From: Mytilus edulis
Taxonomy: Eukaryota
Assembly (NCBI RefSeq): GCF_963676685.1
Contig: NC_092344.1
Coordinates: 38,130,001-38,194,000 of the forward strand
Length of the DNA: 64,000 nucleotides
Reading direction: 5' to 3'
Shown: positions 1 through 12,600 of the stretch, piece by piece
Numbering within the stretch: the first letter of the stretch is position 1
How the letters are laid out: the number at the start of each line of letters is the position of its first letter
The notes under the pieces: generated by a model
Databases searched by the model: none
What the model was told of the DNA's origin: nothing
What the model saw: the letters and a program-made list of their open reading frames with translations, nothing else
Made by a program: the position numbers and the translations under genes

Positions 1-1118
1 AGGATTACTTCTGGTTTAACATAACAACCAAGAAATTCTTTGAATAATTTCACCTGTAAAGTAAAATTGGGAAATTAAACTGCAATCAACATGTGTAAAA
101 GTAAAGTTATGTGTCAAATGCACAAAATTACTCATACTATAAAAACATACAACATTCAGAAAACACTATCACAATTTATTGGTAGAAACTTTTAAAATAC
201 CATCAACCAGAAATCCAATGAAAATATTTATTTGTGGTGTAGAATTTGACAATTTATATCATACACATACCTGTTCTTCATGGAGTTGGTGGATGAGAGG
301 CTCCTTCATCTCAAACAGTATAAAGACAAAGTTCTTCAACAGAGAAATACTGATGAGTAAAGTCCCATAACCATCTTTGATAATGTTCTCTCTGTAAAAA
401 TCTTATTAATGATTCTATCTTTTCTGTCTCTGCCCTCTTTTGTTAGCTGTTTCTGGGTAAGGTCCTGGAAAAAATATAGTCTGACCTCAAAATACTTTTA
501 AAAGATCTCAAAATACATACAATTTACAATAGATACATGTACATATTTAATTTCATTTCATCAAATGAAAATAATATAATTGATAAAATATGTTTATTTT
601 GGAAATACATCATTTTGGTTTATTTATAATTGTAGTTAATTGCTAAAATATAAATAAAGAAATCCCAATATTAACTCTTCCAACTTTTGATAAAAGAATT
701 CTAAGAAAAGATTGAATGAACATCTCATATTATTCAAGTTTCCTGACTATATTGGCATAGAAATGAAACATTACTCACCAATAGACTATGGATCTGAAGT
801 TAGGGAAGGATCATGCTGAACTGAAAATAAAATTGTTAAATTAAACAAACATGCTCAACTGAAAAAAATAACTGTTAAAAACAACAACATGCTGCACTTC
901 TAATCAAAACAATATGCATCACTGAAAATAAAATTGTTAAATCAATCATTAATTTACGCTGCATTTACAATGTAAATTAAAATGGTTAAGTCAATCATTA
1001 ATCTATGCTGCATTTAAATTAAAATTTCAAAATTAAACATCATGCACATAAACAAACAAGTACTGTTAAAAGTTAATATCATGCGACTGATGCAGTTTTA
1101 AATTACTTTGTAGTTAAA

Positions 1119-4100
1119 AATCAAAGCACCAAAGGCACTGTAGGCAGTTAAGTAAAAAAAGGAGAGGCAAACTTGGCAGAAGTTAAGACGAATATTGTTG
1201 AAAAATTGGTGAAAATATTATCTCGGCTATTTCTCAAGTATTGAATAATGTTTGTACCCTAAAGTTTTCACTATCCAATCCTGCCACTTAGAGTTAAAAT
1301 TGTGCCTGTCCATATTGAGGACCCAGTAATTTGGTAATTGTTGCTGTATATCATATCCATTTTTCATAATTGTTTTGTACATAAATCAGGCTGCTGTAGT
1401 TTTACTGTTTTACATTTGTAATTTTCTGGTCTTTTAAAGCTTACTATGCAGTATACATGTAGGTTTTGCTAATAGTTACAAGCTGCATGGAGGATTATTC
1501 TTATCAGATTAATAATTTCAATAATGGGGTCCAGCAGTGGTGTATGGTTTAAGTCAACTATATTCTAAAGTATGAATATGCCATATTAGCAGTTTTAGTT
1601 GCATCAGTTGGTGCACCTACATTGTATGCACAATCATCAAATCATAGCTGAAACTATCTTAAGTGGTGTAATTTTCTTGTAAGTTAATTACAATAAATGC
1701 TGATGTTGTTATAATGGCTTAGCAATGATACAACATTTTTTGAAGCCTGTATGGTTGCCCAACTATAATTAATACAAATATTTTGTCCATCTTTTTTTAA
1801 TATTTCTTTATTCTTAATTTCTTAAATAAATCAATGCTGCATTTACACATAATTCAATATCAATTTGAAACGTTTAACATGTTTAATGTCTACTTCAATA
1901 CGTGTCAAAATCACTTCACTGTCCAAATGAGCTTAATTTTTAACTCAATTAATAATATTCATTTGTTGTAACTGCTGGCAAGTTTATAAATAATTCCTGT
2001 CAGAAAGCTGAATCAAAACTTGTTGTATTAGTTGACATGATTACACCTGGCAAAAACAATCTTCAAAATTGATCATGTATGTAGATGTACATGTAGGTAT
2101 ATGTAAATATTTTCATAACATCGTACATGTAGTAGTCTAGAGTTTCATTGTTATTGTGGAACTATAGGCGTGAATAGACAATCCAGTTGCTACAGAGAAT
2201 CATGTATTGTACATATACATGTACATGTATGCCTTGCCTCTTCTTGTATTAGCCATTGCAAAAGATTGGAATCAAGCTGAAATAAAAACAAATATTCATT
2301 ATTGCTTTAAAATTTTTACATATACAATGTAGCATAAAGGCTTCATGTCACGTCCACTTGTATTTTTGTCCATCTAATGAGTTAACCTTTTTCAACTGAT
2401 TTTTATAGTTCGTTCTCATGTTGTACTGTTATAATTAAGTCTGTTATACCACTGTCCCAGGTTAGGGGAGGGTTGGGATCCCGCTAACATGTTCAACCCC
2501 GCCACATTATTTACGTTTGTGCCTGTCCCAAGTCAGGAGCCTGTAATTCAGTGGTAATCGTTTGTTTATGTGTTACATATTTGTTTTTGGTTCATTTTTT
2601 TATATAAATAAGGCCGTTAGTTTTCTCGTTTGAATTGTTTTACATTGTCTTATTGGGGCCTTTTATATGGGGTATGGGCTTTGCTCATTGTCGAAGGCTG
2701 CACAGTGACCTATAGTTGTTAATGTCTGTGTCATTTTGGTCTCTTGTGGACAGTTTTCTCATTGGCAATCATACCACATCTTCTTTTTTATATATTCATG
2801 TCTAAAATCTTTATGTATTAGTTTTGTCCATGTTCATTGAGGCCCTTATAATTACATTTGTAATGCTTAAATTCTCTAGGGTCCCAAGTCTGGATCGTCT
2901 GGCCTTTGTTAGTCTTGTATGATTTTCAATTATAGATTCTTGTGCATGTTGTGTATGATTCTAACTTAAGTTTAGTATGACATGAACTCCATAATCATTG
3001 AACTAGTAACTTTTGTTTAGGGGTCAATTGAAGTAAGCCTTCATGTTTGAGAGTTTCTCGCTGCATTGAAGACCATTTGGTGGCCTTCGGCTGTTCTCAG
3101 CTCTTTGGTCGTGTTGTTGTCTTTTTAGCACATTCCCCATTTTCATTCCAATTTTATTTGAAATTGTTAGTGAAATATCTTGATCACGGATTCGCTGTCA
3201 TCCATTGCCAATGTTATAATAAAATAATATATCTGTTCTATAAATAATTGATGTAGGAATTGAGAAAAATACTGTTTGTAACTTGTTAAAAACGTAACTT
3301 CGTAACGCACAACGTTACCTTCTACAGGCTTCTTTTCGTACCATGCGAGTTTTATTTCACAGTAATTTCATAGAAAAGTGGTTTACCAGTATCAAGTTGC
3401 TGAAGGAAACGAAAAGTTATGATTCTTGAAAATTTCACGAATGCTTAATATCCGGAAAATGAAAAGTGCTTGTAAATCTAAATCAATTACGGCTTGGGAA
3501 GCGTCACAAATTTCGTACTTAATATTTTACAATTATATACTTTTGAAGTGAAATAATGCTGTCCATTAGCAAATTATTGATAAAGTAGTAATCTTAATAT
3601 TTTTTTAAGCGCCTTTGGCTATATCAAAGCACATGTAGCAGTCTGTAACACCAAAGCCTTAACTAAAACACGATTAAGGAAACCATCTTGAAATGACCTT
3701 GACATCGACAAAATCTATAAATACGTATTCAAATGAGGTCCCTGATCGAGTATAATGTTTGGGGGTTTCCACGATACATAGCAAGTACAGAGAGACACGA
3801 TGACAAATAATAATAACATCAGCTTGCATTAAATAATTAAATAAAATACATATCTTCATACAATGTAGAAATAAAATAATCAAGTACTCTTACAAATTCA
3901 AGACTTATACAGAGAGGAAGTAAGACAATGCTTTTAAATATTTACCTTTATTGGGATGGAATCCACCAAATTCAACGGCGTCACTGATTAAAAATAGTCG
4001 CAAAATTATATCCATGCGCCATTTGGCAAATTTTAATGCCTTCATTACAAACATTTTCGGCAATGAAATTATTCTTACAATAGCTCACTTACATCTTCAT

Positions 4101-4373
4101 CAAAAACACAGACGATAAAAAGCTATGCTTAACTTTTTAATTAGCACTTTTTCAAATGGGGAACATCAATTGTTTTGGGAAAATCGACGATCATTTAAGG
4201 TAATCTTCCTTATATTTATTGTTTTTCATAACAAAAAGTGTGAAAAAAATGTCTAAATAGTTATAAATAATCTACCAGACCTGCCAGATCAGAGAAATAG
4301 CACTTTTTCAAAAATTCCCAGGGGGGAACCAAAATCCAGGGTGCTCGCATAAGGCAGCTTAACTGCCTAAAAA
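1119..4373 (-). mobile_element. Non-autonomous Helentron/HINE-type element inside hAT intron 2
   Basis: 12-bp inverted pair TAGGCAGTTAAG (1141-1152) / CTTAACTGCCTA (4358-4369). Minus-strand 5' end TTTTT-AGGCAG-ttaag-CTGCCT; 3' end subTIR, short hairpin agtgcc-ttt-ggtgct, then TTGATTTTT. Confidence 0.6.
2350..2790. repeat. Abundant interspersed SINE-like repeat (GTTAGGGGAGGGTTGGGATCCCGCTAAC family)
   Basis: Inverted copy at 60227-60640; partial copies at about 36750-36920, 62720-62855 and 13690-13740. Confidence 0.8.
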
Positions 4374-6330
4374 TTAAATATTGAAAAATTCAAACAAAAA
4401 ACTTTTGCATTAACTGTAATACCTTTCTAATTTCTGATATTCTTTCTCTAGAAGACTGTGATACTCCTAGCCTGTGGTACACTTCTACAATTGTAGGTAG
4501 ATACTTGACTCTCTCTGATTCAGTTAGCAGGGGGAAATAAAACACTGTCAATGCATCAAAGAGCCTTAAAGTGTCTAAGGTTACATCGTATACAGATAGC
4601 CATCTATGACTGACATATCTCTGTGGCATTGTATACTTAATGTTAAGCATTATACAAATCTCTTGAAACATCTCTCTAAGATCTGGTGACCACTTGAAGT
4701 CGCTGAACAAGTCATAATACAGAAGTTCAATGAAGGACTTGAATGGCTTACAGAATGCCTTTGCTGCATTGTGAACATGATGACACACATCCCCATCAAC
4801 ATCTAACAATTGAGGTGCCTTTTCCGTCCTTATCCTGGTTTCAAGTCCTGATTTTGACCCACGCATCACATTGCAGGAGTCCATCAAAACAGACATTAGA
4901 TTTGTCCATGGTATACTGTTTTCTTCCATGAGTGTTACACATTTCTTAAACAGTGATTCACTATTGACTTTAATACATGTCACTGATTTAAAGTGATGAA
5001 TGACAACTTCATTTTTCACTGAACAGAAATAGCTAACAAGAATTGTCAGAACCTTCTGAAAATTTGAACTGGTTGATTCGTCCATGTTTAGAGAAAACTG
5101 ATTGGACCTCATTTCCTCTATCACATTATCTTGGAATGTTTTTCCAACACCAAACCTAGTTTTGTAAGAAGCAGTTGTCCTGTTCATGTTTAATGAGTCT
5201 AATGCCTTTTTATCCCTGGCCAAAGTTTTTGATAGGTCTATCAGTCCAGGAACAAGTGAAAAGGACAGTGAGTTCTCTGCCACAAATGATAAAACCATTG
5301 ATTCTGCATTCACTATTCTGTCATTCAGTGGTGTAATAGCTACTGGTGCAGGTTCTTGAATTTTGGCACTGGCTTTAAACATTGGATGGATACCATACGG
5401 TACTTGTTCTGTCTCTTTAGCTTTTCCAAATGCGCCTGAAACAAAACATATTCATGTCAATGTGTACAATGAAAAATATTATTGTCAAATTAAATTTAAA
5501 ACATGAAAACGGAGACTATTCATCTCAACTGCCTGATATATTTTTTATAAATAAATGCACAAAGCCTTTAACCACTTTTTTAAAGATTAATAGCAAAAAA
5601 AAACTAAGTCCAGACCCAAGGAAAATTTGGGCATAACGGTCCCTAGAAAATTCATTTTTCAATTCACTAAATTCTCTACTAGGACCATCAAAGTTTGGGC
5701 AATGAAGAAAGAAGTTTACACAAGAAGCAGGACAGTTCTCCTTATCCTAAAAGAATATACTTCTTTGCATGAGAGAAAGATGAAATATAATAAAATGTAC
5801 TTACCAGAAAGGCTGTAGTTTGAGCTACGGATTTTCAAGTTGTCTTGGTGCACTTTTTTCAGGAGATGCTGTTCCAGACTCTTCCATCCTCGACTGGAAT
5901 AATTAATGTCTTTCCTACACAAGTTACAATGTGCAACTCCTCTTACATTAATCTTCCTAATGAATCGACCAACAAGTTCTTTGTCTACTTTCCGCTCAAG
6001 CCATTCCCATTTCCACACATTTTTCAACCCTTTATCTAATAATTTTGTGTCAAAATCGCGTTCAACAACATTGGAAGCCATGTTGTTGAAAGCGAAAGTG
6101 ATATTCAATACCGCTTGTAATCCGATCCTTCATTGGGAGATAAGAATATATTAACCAATCATATCGCTTTTTACAGATTGAAGTAAAATATTAAACCGGA
6201 AACGGAGCGGACTTGTGTAAAAAACGGATCTGACATAAAAAAACGAAAAAACGGAAAGTTAAAAAAAAAATGGGACACGGACAAGTCAAAAAGCGGAATT
6301 CCGCTTTAAAGCGGAAGAAAATCATGTCTG

Positions 6331-7410
6331 TGACAATGATGGTCATAGACCCGATAAGAAGGAAGTTTCTGCCGGCACCGTTGAGTTAAAACACTATTGG
6401 TCCAAATGGGACTCTATAGTAATAAAAATAATATAGTATACCAGAAATGGGAAAATGATACTGTAAGTAGAATAGTGTGGCAAGTTTTACTTCCTTTTAT
6501 CTTAAGAAAAACAGCCCTCAAATATTTACACAATACCCCTTCAAGTGGTCATCTTGGTATAGGTAAAAGACCTTGGCCAAACTAAGATAGATATTTTTGG
6601 TTTGGTCTACGTAGAGATGTGGAATATTGGATCAAAAACTGTGATGCATGTTCCTGTCGTAAAAGGCCCATAAAAAACCAGTCTCTCTGAAATTGTATTC
6701 AGTAGGTGTGCCCATGGAACTCTAGCAATAGATGTTACCGTTCCATATTCTCGATTCCTTCATGGAAATAGATATATAGTTGTTATAGCCGATTATCTTA
6801 CTAAATGGGTCCAGGCTTTTGCCATTAAAGACCAAGAGGCTCCCACTGTAGCCCAAGCGCTAGTTGAAGGTGTGGTAGCTCTCTTCGGTGTTCCCCGCAG
6901 TTTACATAGCGATAAAGGTTCAAATTTTGAATCAACTGTATTCCGGAAAAATGTGTCTAATTTTGGGTATTGATAAAACCCGTACTACCATCAGACGACC
7001 CAAATCTGATGGTTTGGTCGAAAAATCCATGAACACCATTAAAGAAATGCTCTCTAGTAATTTGGATGAGCGCCAAAAGAATTGGGATCAATTTTTTATC
7101 TGTCTAAATGATGGAATACCATTCATCAGTGCACCAATCCACTGGTGTCAGCCCTTGTAATATGATGCTCGGTCGGGAAATAACCCTTCCAGTAGATTTA
7201 GTTCTTGGAGTCCCCGAAGAAGAAATAAAAAATAAATAGTTCCAATTATGCCTATGAACTGGCCGAATGTATAAAATTTATACATGAATTTGCTCTAAAA
7301 GATTAAAAATATCTGGTCAAACAATAAAAAAATATAATGACCACAAGATTTATTATAAATTATATGATGTAGGTTCATGTGTGTGGTTGTATAACCCAAA
7401 ACCAAAACGA
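6331..7410 (+). pseudogene. Decayed Ty3/Gypsy integrase (HHCC zinc finger plus rve core)
   Basis: YLHNTPSSGHLG...WIKNCDAC; AIDVT...VIADYLTKW; LHSDKGSNFES; PKSDGLVEK; STGVSPCNMMLGRE; several frameshifts and stops. Confidence 0.92.
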
Positions 7411-7964
7411 TGTAAGCAAATAATGATTGTGAAAACCTCTAATGTAGAGAATGCTGTCTTAGATTTATATATATTTGTTTTTTTTAATGTCAAATTATCA
7501 ACTTTGTTATATTAACTTTTGTTATATGATTTTCACATAATTTTGAATGTAAATCATTCAACATATGGTTACTATAAACATAGAAACCTATATTTAGTAA
7601 TTGCTTGTTCCTGCTGACAACAATTTAAGTTTAAAGAAGCATCCACTGTAGAGAATGTGCTCATGAAATGCATAAACTTCAAGTCAAAAGAAACGAGTGA
7701 CTGGTGAAAAATGATGTTTATTCAATTATTGAACCAATGCATGTATATATCATAAACTTAGTCCTCTGTGCACGATTTTATCATTTTTTACGCAAATATA
7801 TCGTATAATCGTCAATTTTTTTTCTCTCTGTCTGATATGATTTAACAAATATGGCTGCTCGTTAAATGCCGTGTTTTGAAGCCGAAGTTTACCGATTGTC
7901 ACCTTATAGTAAATAATCAACAAAAAGCATCGGTATTTAGCACGTGTTTAACATATACAATCAG

Positions 7965-8086
7965 GGTTGAGTTCAATATCGTAGCAGCTAGCTACGTAGC
8001 TGCTATCAATATCTATGTAACAACTAGTCTATAGCTACACGTTCAATAGTCAAAATCTACGTAGCACTACGATATTGAACGCAACC
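7965..8086. mobile_element. Small palindromic MITE (Harbinger-like)
   Basis: TIRs GGTTGAGTTCAATATCGTAG / CTACGATATTGAACGCAACC (19/20); flanks CAG and AAG. Confidence 0.65.
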
Positions 8087-8467
8087 AAGGTATTTGTTTA
8101 TTTTAATGACAAATTCATGCGTATTGCTATCACCGGATTTTTACGAGGAGGGTCCTTTTTATGTCACTATGCATACGGAAAATATGTCGGCGAATTGCTT
8201 CCTGGCAGCAAGCAATTAAAAATAAGTAAACTTCTTCTAAATGTGGAAAAATTTAAGAAAAACGTATATGCACATAAGTTTGTATAATGAAAACTATCCA
8301 TTAAGTTTTAAAAAACTTATGCATATTTTTTTTTAATTTGAGGTTTCATATGACTTAAAAAAAACTAATTATTCTTCTTCATGTTTATGTATGTTATTTA
8401 TAGAAACCATAAGTAACGTTAATGTCATAATATTCATGTTTTTCATTCTTTTGACAGGTAACCCAAT

Positions 8468-8650
8468 GGACATACTCCCTATGTCGGCAGGGGGATAAAG
8501 ACAAGGAAGACCGTGGTACGTCGCCATTTAATAGAACAACACTCTGGTGTGAGTCACCGATGTGACTCTTGTACAAGTTTCTGGGAAAAGCAGAACAGAA
8601 ACATGGCATCTGTGATGCCAGGACTCTAACTACATCATTGGTGGTTATGC
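8468..8650 (+). pseudogene. Decayed C2H2 zinc-finger coding fragment
   Basis: Across a frameshift reads WTYSLC...KTRKTVVRRHLIEQHSGVSHRCDSC; preceded by the acceptor-like ttttgacag. Confidence 0.45.
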
Positions 8651-9889
8651 AGTATGGCATCACAGGATCAGACGCAAAACAGGTTTTAATTGATTTTTGA
8701 CAGTTGAAGAGAAAATATTGGCCAGGCGCTATTATCAAGCAAATCAGTGGTTCCTGACCAAAAAACAAAGAAGAGGCCCAGTAGTGTTACGATTTAGTGA
8801 TCGTATCATTAAATTAATAGTACTCGTGTTCTCCCTATTCTATAGTAGTAATTTTACGAGTCAGCTGTTTTTGTTTACGTTTTCGCATCGCTATTTTTAC
8901 GATGGAATGTCACCTCGTACAGAATATTCACGGTTGGTTGGCAGGTATTTGTATTATAAATGATGAGGTAATGTGTTTACCTTATTTGCTTACTTATTTT
9001 CTTAATGTAATAACTTGTGTTTTAGCCGTAATCATCTAAATCCCAGCAGTGCCATAGTTTATTTACTAAAGAAGCCGTATTTATTTGTGTATTGGCGGCC
9101 TAATACACGATATTGCCTGTGAACATATCACAAGTTTTGATTGGTCGATCCATAGACCGGAAAATCATAAAAAGAAGGTTGACGAAACGAACTTTAGAAT
9201 TATTCTCATCGTCTGCAAGAGCAGTCACATTTCTCGTAGCAATATAGCAATATATATATATTTAGTAAACCTAAATCAGAATGTCTGAACCACAGTCAAC
9301 CATTAGTATGGTACGCAGGTTTTAATTGTTTTAAGAAAAACTCAAACCTTCTAGCACATGGCTATTGTTTGTTTTGAAAAAATCGACCTTCAACCTACGG
9401 GAAAGTCCCGTCATCCATCGTTCCACTTAGTCAACCTTCTATCGATGCAATAACATGAAAGAGGTTTTCTGGAAACCTACTTTCGTTTTAGGAAATAAGA
9501 TATATGAATATTTTATTATAAACCTACCCTTTTAAGTATTTCATACTTTTGGAAATAGAAGGTTGAAAAGTTCAACCTTCTATAAAATCAACCTACGGAA
9601 ACAGTCAACCCTATAGAAATGTGAGGTCAACCTTCCTGACCTATATTACGCTATAAATAGAGACGATTATGGCAAATTGTATATTAATATAAATATATGT
9701 TTTTATGATCAATTGTACATATTTGATTATATAGATATTATATAAAATACCTATGAAATGTTACCCGACTTAGTTATTATTTCAACCATATACCAACGCA
9801 AAGGATTCATGCAAATTATGTTCGATCGAGCCTCCTTGTTCAATTAAACTTACCACTCGGTTTAAGGGGCGAAATCGTTACAGTAGTGA

Positions 9890-10690
9890 GCCAGGGTTGA
9901 ATAGGGCCAAGGAGTGGCAAGGGCAAGCCACCGCCACCACTTCGCCGTTGGCTAGGGTTTCACCACCCAACCCACCCTGTTATATAACATCAAGGACACT
10001 GGGTTGGAAATCCATCTCAGTCACCCAGGCCAGTTCCAGACCACGGTGGTTAGGGAGCCCTCACCCACACCAGTAGAGGTAGCCAACAGTGTCTCTGGGG
10101 ACACAGCCCTTAATCCGTCCTTAGCATCTGATGTTGAGGATGGAGAGGTCTTGGACGAAGTCAGCATTGGAGTTGCCCCCCCAAGAGACACTGGACGTCC
10201 CAAGTATTCCTCTACCTTCATTTAGGGTTGAGGAACCTATACCACAGTAACCAGCTGTCACCCCCAGGCCCACACGGGATAGGGCAGACGCTGCTCCAGC
10301 CACTGAGCCTGCCCGCCGTAAGGTCAGAGGGTGGCTGATGTGAAGTTGGCTGCTTGGTGTGATGTTCAAGCTGGCACAAGATTTATGACCAGTAAGGCAA
10401 CCCTGAAATTGGAACCCAGCTCTCTACTGTCGGAAATGGTCCAAGAAGGTTCTGCAATGAGGTCCTTCCGGAAGGATGAGCATGGGAGCCCAATGTAATT
10501 TTTTGGACAGGGACCAGCTCACTTCCGGCACATTCTCAATTACTTGAGGTTTGGAGGCCAGTGGTCCTCTCAGTCTCTGCCCCATGTGGTCAGATACTTA
10601 TAAGACCTGAGGGCAGAGACAGATTACTTCCAACCCCAGGGTCTCCACGACCACATCAACAGGCTGGTTACCACATTGGTAGACAAATAA
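9890..10690 (+). pseudogene. Intronless, GC-rich decayed ORF ending in a KCTD-type BTB/POZ (T1) domain at about 10331-10690
   Basis: GVMFK...TSKATLKLEPSSLLSEMV...FLDRD..HFRHILNYLR...LRAETDYFQ, with stops and frameshifts; Pro/Ser/acidic N-terminal region (ORF 10004-10225). Confidence 0.75.
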
Positions 10691-11371
10691 AATTGCGGTA
10701 CAGTACCATCTATATGATCAACTTGTGATATTACTAAAACCCTAGACTAAGAAAACCCCGGAAGAAGATGAAAGAAGATTTGGAACAAGTGAACATTTTT
10801 GACTTATTTGGTTTCCTTTATTCATGTGTTAAATTTAACTTCATGTAGAAAAAAAAAAAATATGCAAAAAGTTCTTATAGTGTAATATTTTTTTTTATAG
10901 AGAAATAGCAGATATTTTAAAATAACCATGGTATATTTTATCACATGGAAATAATTTTTACGAAATTTTCAATTTAAATTGCAAATCTTTGAGCAATAGT
11001 TATCAAAGGTACCAGGATTGTAGCAATCCTGACACCCCGAGGTGTGTTCTGCGACAAGACAAACCTTAAAATATGCATTATCTGACTTATATACTAAAGA
11101 TTTGCACTTTTCACTTGCAGTTCAGAATGTCCACATTTGTCAAGTCACGAACCACTTCAATTGGAAATTTCACTAACATTATATTATGTCACTACTTGTA
11201 TCCTGCATTACTAGCTTAGTATCATATTTTTTATCCATCTAGTTAGGTGTGGACCCTTTATGAAGTATAAATTATTTAAAATATTGTGCATAAGTCCCCG
11301 GAGGATACGTAGAACCATCATCTTTGCGCAAATCTGCACGTTTGCCCGGAGATCGCAAACCGAAATATTTG

Positions 11372-11436
11372 ATTGGTTTATATCATTCTATATATAAAGC
11401 GACGTCAGCGTACTCGTGACGTCATTCTTCTCAGTT
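11372..11436 (+). promoter_or_regulatory. Pol II core-promoter-like cluster (CCAAT, TATA, CRE, Inr)
   Basis: ATTGG at 11372, TATATATAAA 11389-11398, TGACGTCA 11417-11424, Inr-like TCATTC about 30 nt after the TATA box. Confidence 0.4.
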
Positions 11437-12600
11437 CACTTTCTTGAGACACGTTATATTTAGTCGCTTAGATTTTAACTTGAATTATTTCTTATGTCAC
11501 AGCAACATATTTGTTCAGATGTAGCTATGGTACGTTTGCGTGATAGTTTATCATTATAATTTAAATATGCCTTTTTTAGGTATTTTTATTGTGTGTTTCT
11601 ATTAAAGAAATCATTCTATTACCTTATTTACACCGGGAGCCAAGCTAAATTATACCAGGTGCATTAGTGTTGATTTAATAGCTTCCGTGAATTATTGATC
11701 CTTTTATAGAGAAAAGTAATGAATATAAATTACGTTTTATATTTAGATGATTTTACCAATCAACTTTATTCAATCCGTTTATAGCGGTAGTCAAATTTAG
11801 CGGTGCTTCCAAGTTTTGATTTGGCGCACCACATCTATTTTCGGTGTCTGCACCGTAGAAGGCAAAATTAATATACATTGTTGAGGCAACGCACCTTGAT
11901 TAGAAATGACCATTTATTACTAAATTGTAAACCTTGGTACAACAGCGCCTCGTTTTTATCGTATTGTCACAGGAACTTTGGGTGTAACCCAACCTTGGTG
12001 CAACCGCACCTCATTTATATACCGTAACCTGAACCTAAGGTGCAATTGAACCTCAGATGCCTACGCACCTCACCTGAAATATATCAAGTTATCAATCTCA
12101 TAATTTTTTATGTATCCTTTTGGGACTCCTTCTGTTTAGATAATAATTATATAAGTTTCTAGTACTATTGTCAAACTGCATAAATTCATGTTGTGCCTTA
12201 ATACCGAAATAAACAGGGTAAGAACTTTTATTAGTTTTATGTCTCTGTAAAGCCTAAACAGTTAAAGTTATAGTAGCAAATTGAACCCTTTTAAAAGCAT
12301 ATATTTAATATATATACACCTTGATACATTTTGTATGTCTTCGTCTCATAAGTGCTCAATGCGCTGACTGGAGATTCACGTCTGTGGTGGCGAAGCAACA
12401 TAAGGTCCGAAACACTGTGCTTGTTGTATTCTTGTACTTGTCTTAATAAATATTTTTTGGTTTGGTTTTTTGTTTAATTTTTTATAACATCGTGTCTTAA
12501 TCATATTAAATCACTTGTAATCATTTGTATGTAATTAATGTTGATTGTTTTGCTCCTTGTGGGCGCTTTGATTAGCAATAAAATATATTTGAATTTGAAT

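Larger units (their letters stand above)
1..6081 (-). pseudogene. Intron-containing hAT-like transposase gene; exons 6081-5805, 5435-4423, 464-271 and 53-<1, continuing beyond the window
   Basis: Exon 1 MASNVVERD...CNLC...HLLKKVH (BED-like Zn finger). Exon 2 carries LNMDEST, MDSCNVMRG, GDVCHHVHN and HRWLS. GT/AG sites with matching phases (G|GC; K|D; Q|V). Exon 3 DLTQKQLTKEGRDRKDRIINKIF...FEMKEPLIHQLHEEQ is 194 nt, i.e. a 1-nt frameshift near 343. Exon 4 VKLFKEFLGCYVKPEVI. Confidence 0.85.
1..6330 (-). mobile_element. hAT DNA transposon, 5' terminus at 6330
   Basis: Minus strand starts CAGACATG. Subterminal ACGGA/GCGGA repeats and palindrome GCGGAATTCCGC at 6195-6315. Abrupt junction with Gypsy integrase sequence at 6331. 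Other end lies outside the window. Confidence 0.75.

Noticed and set aside
11880-12075. CRISPR-like spaced palindromes
   Set aside because: Repeats degenerate, spacing irregular, no cas genes, eukaryotic context.
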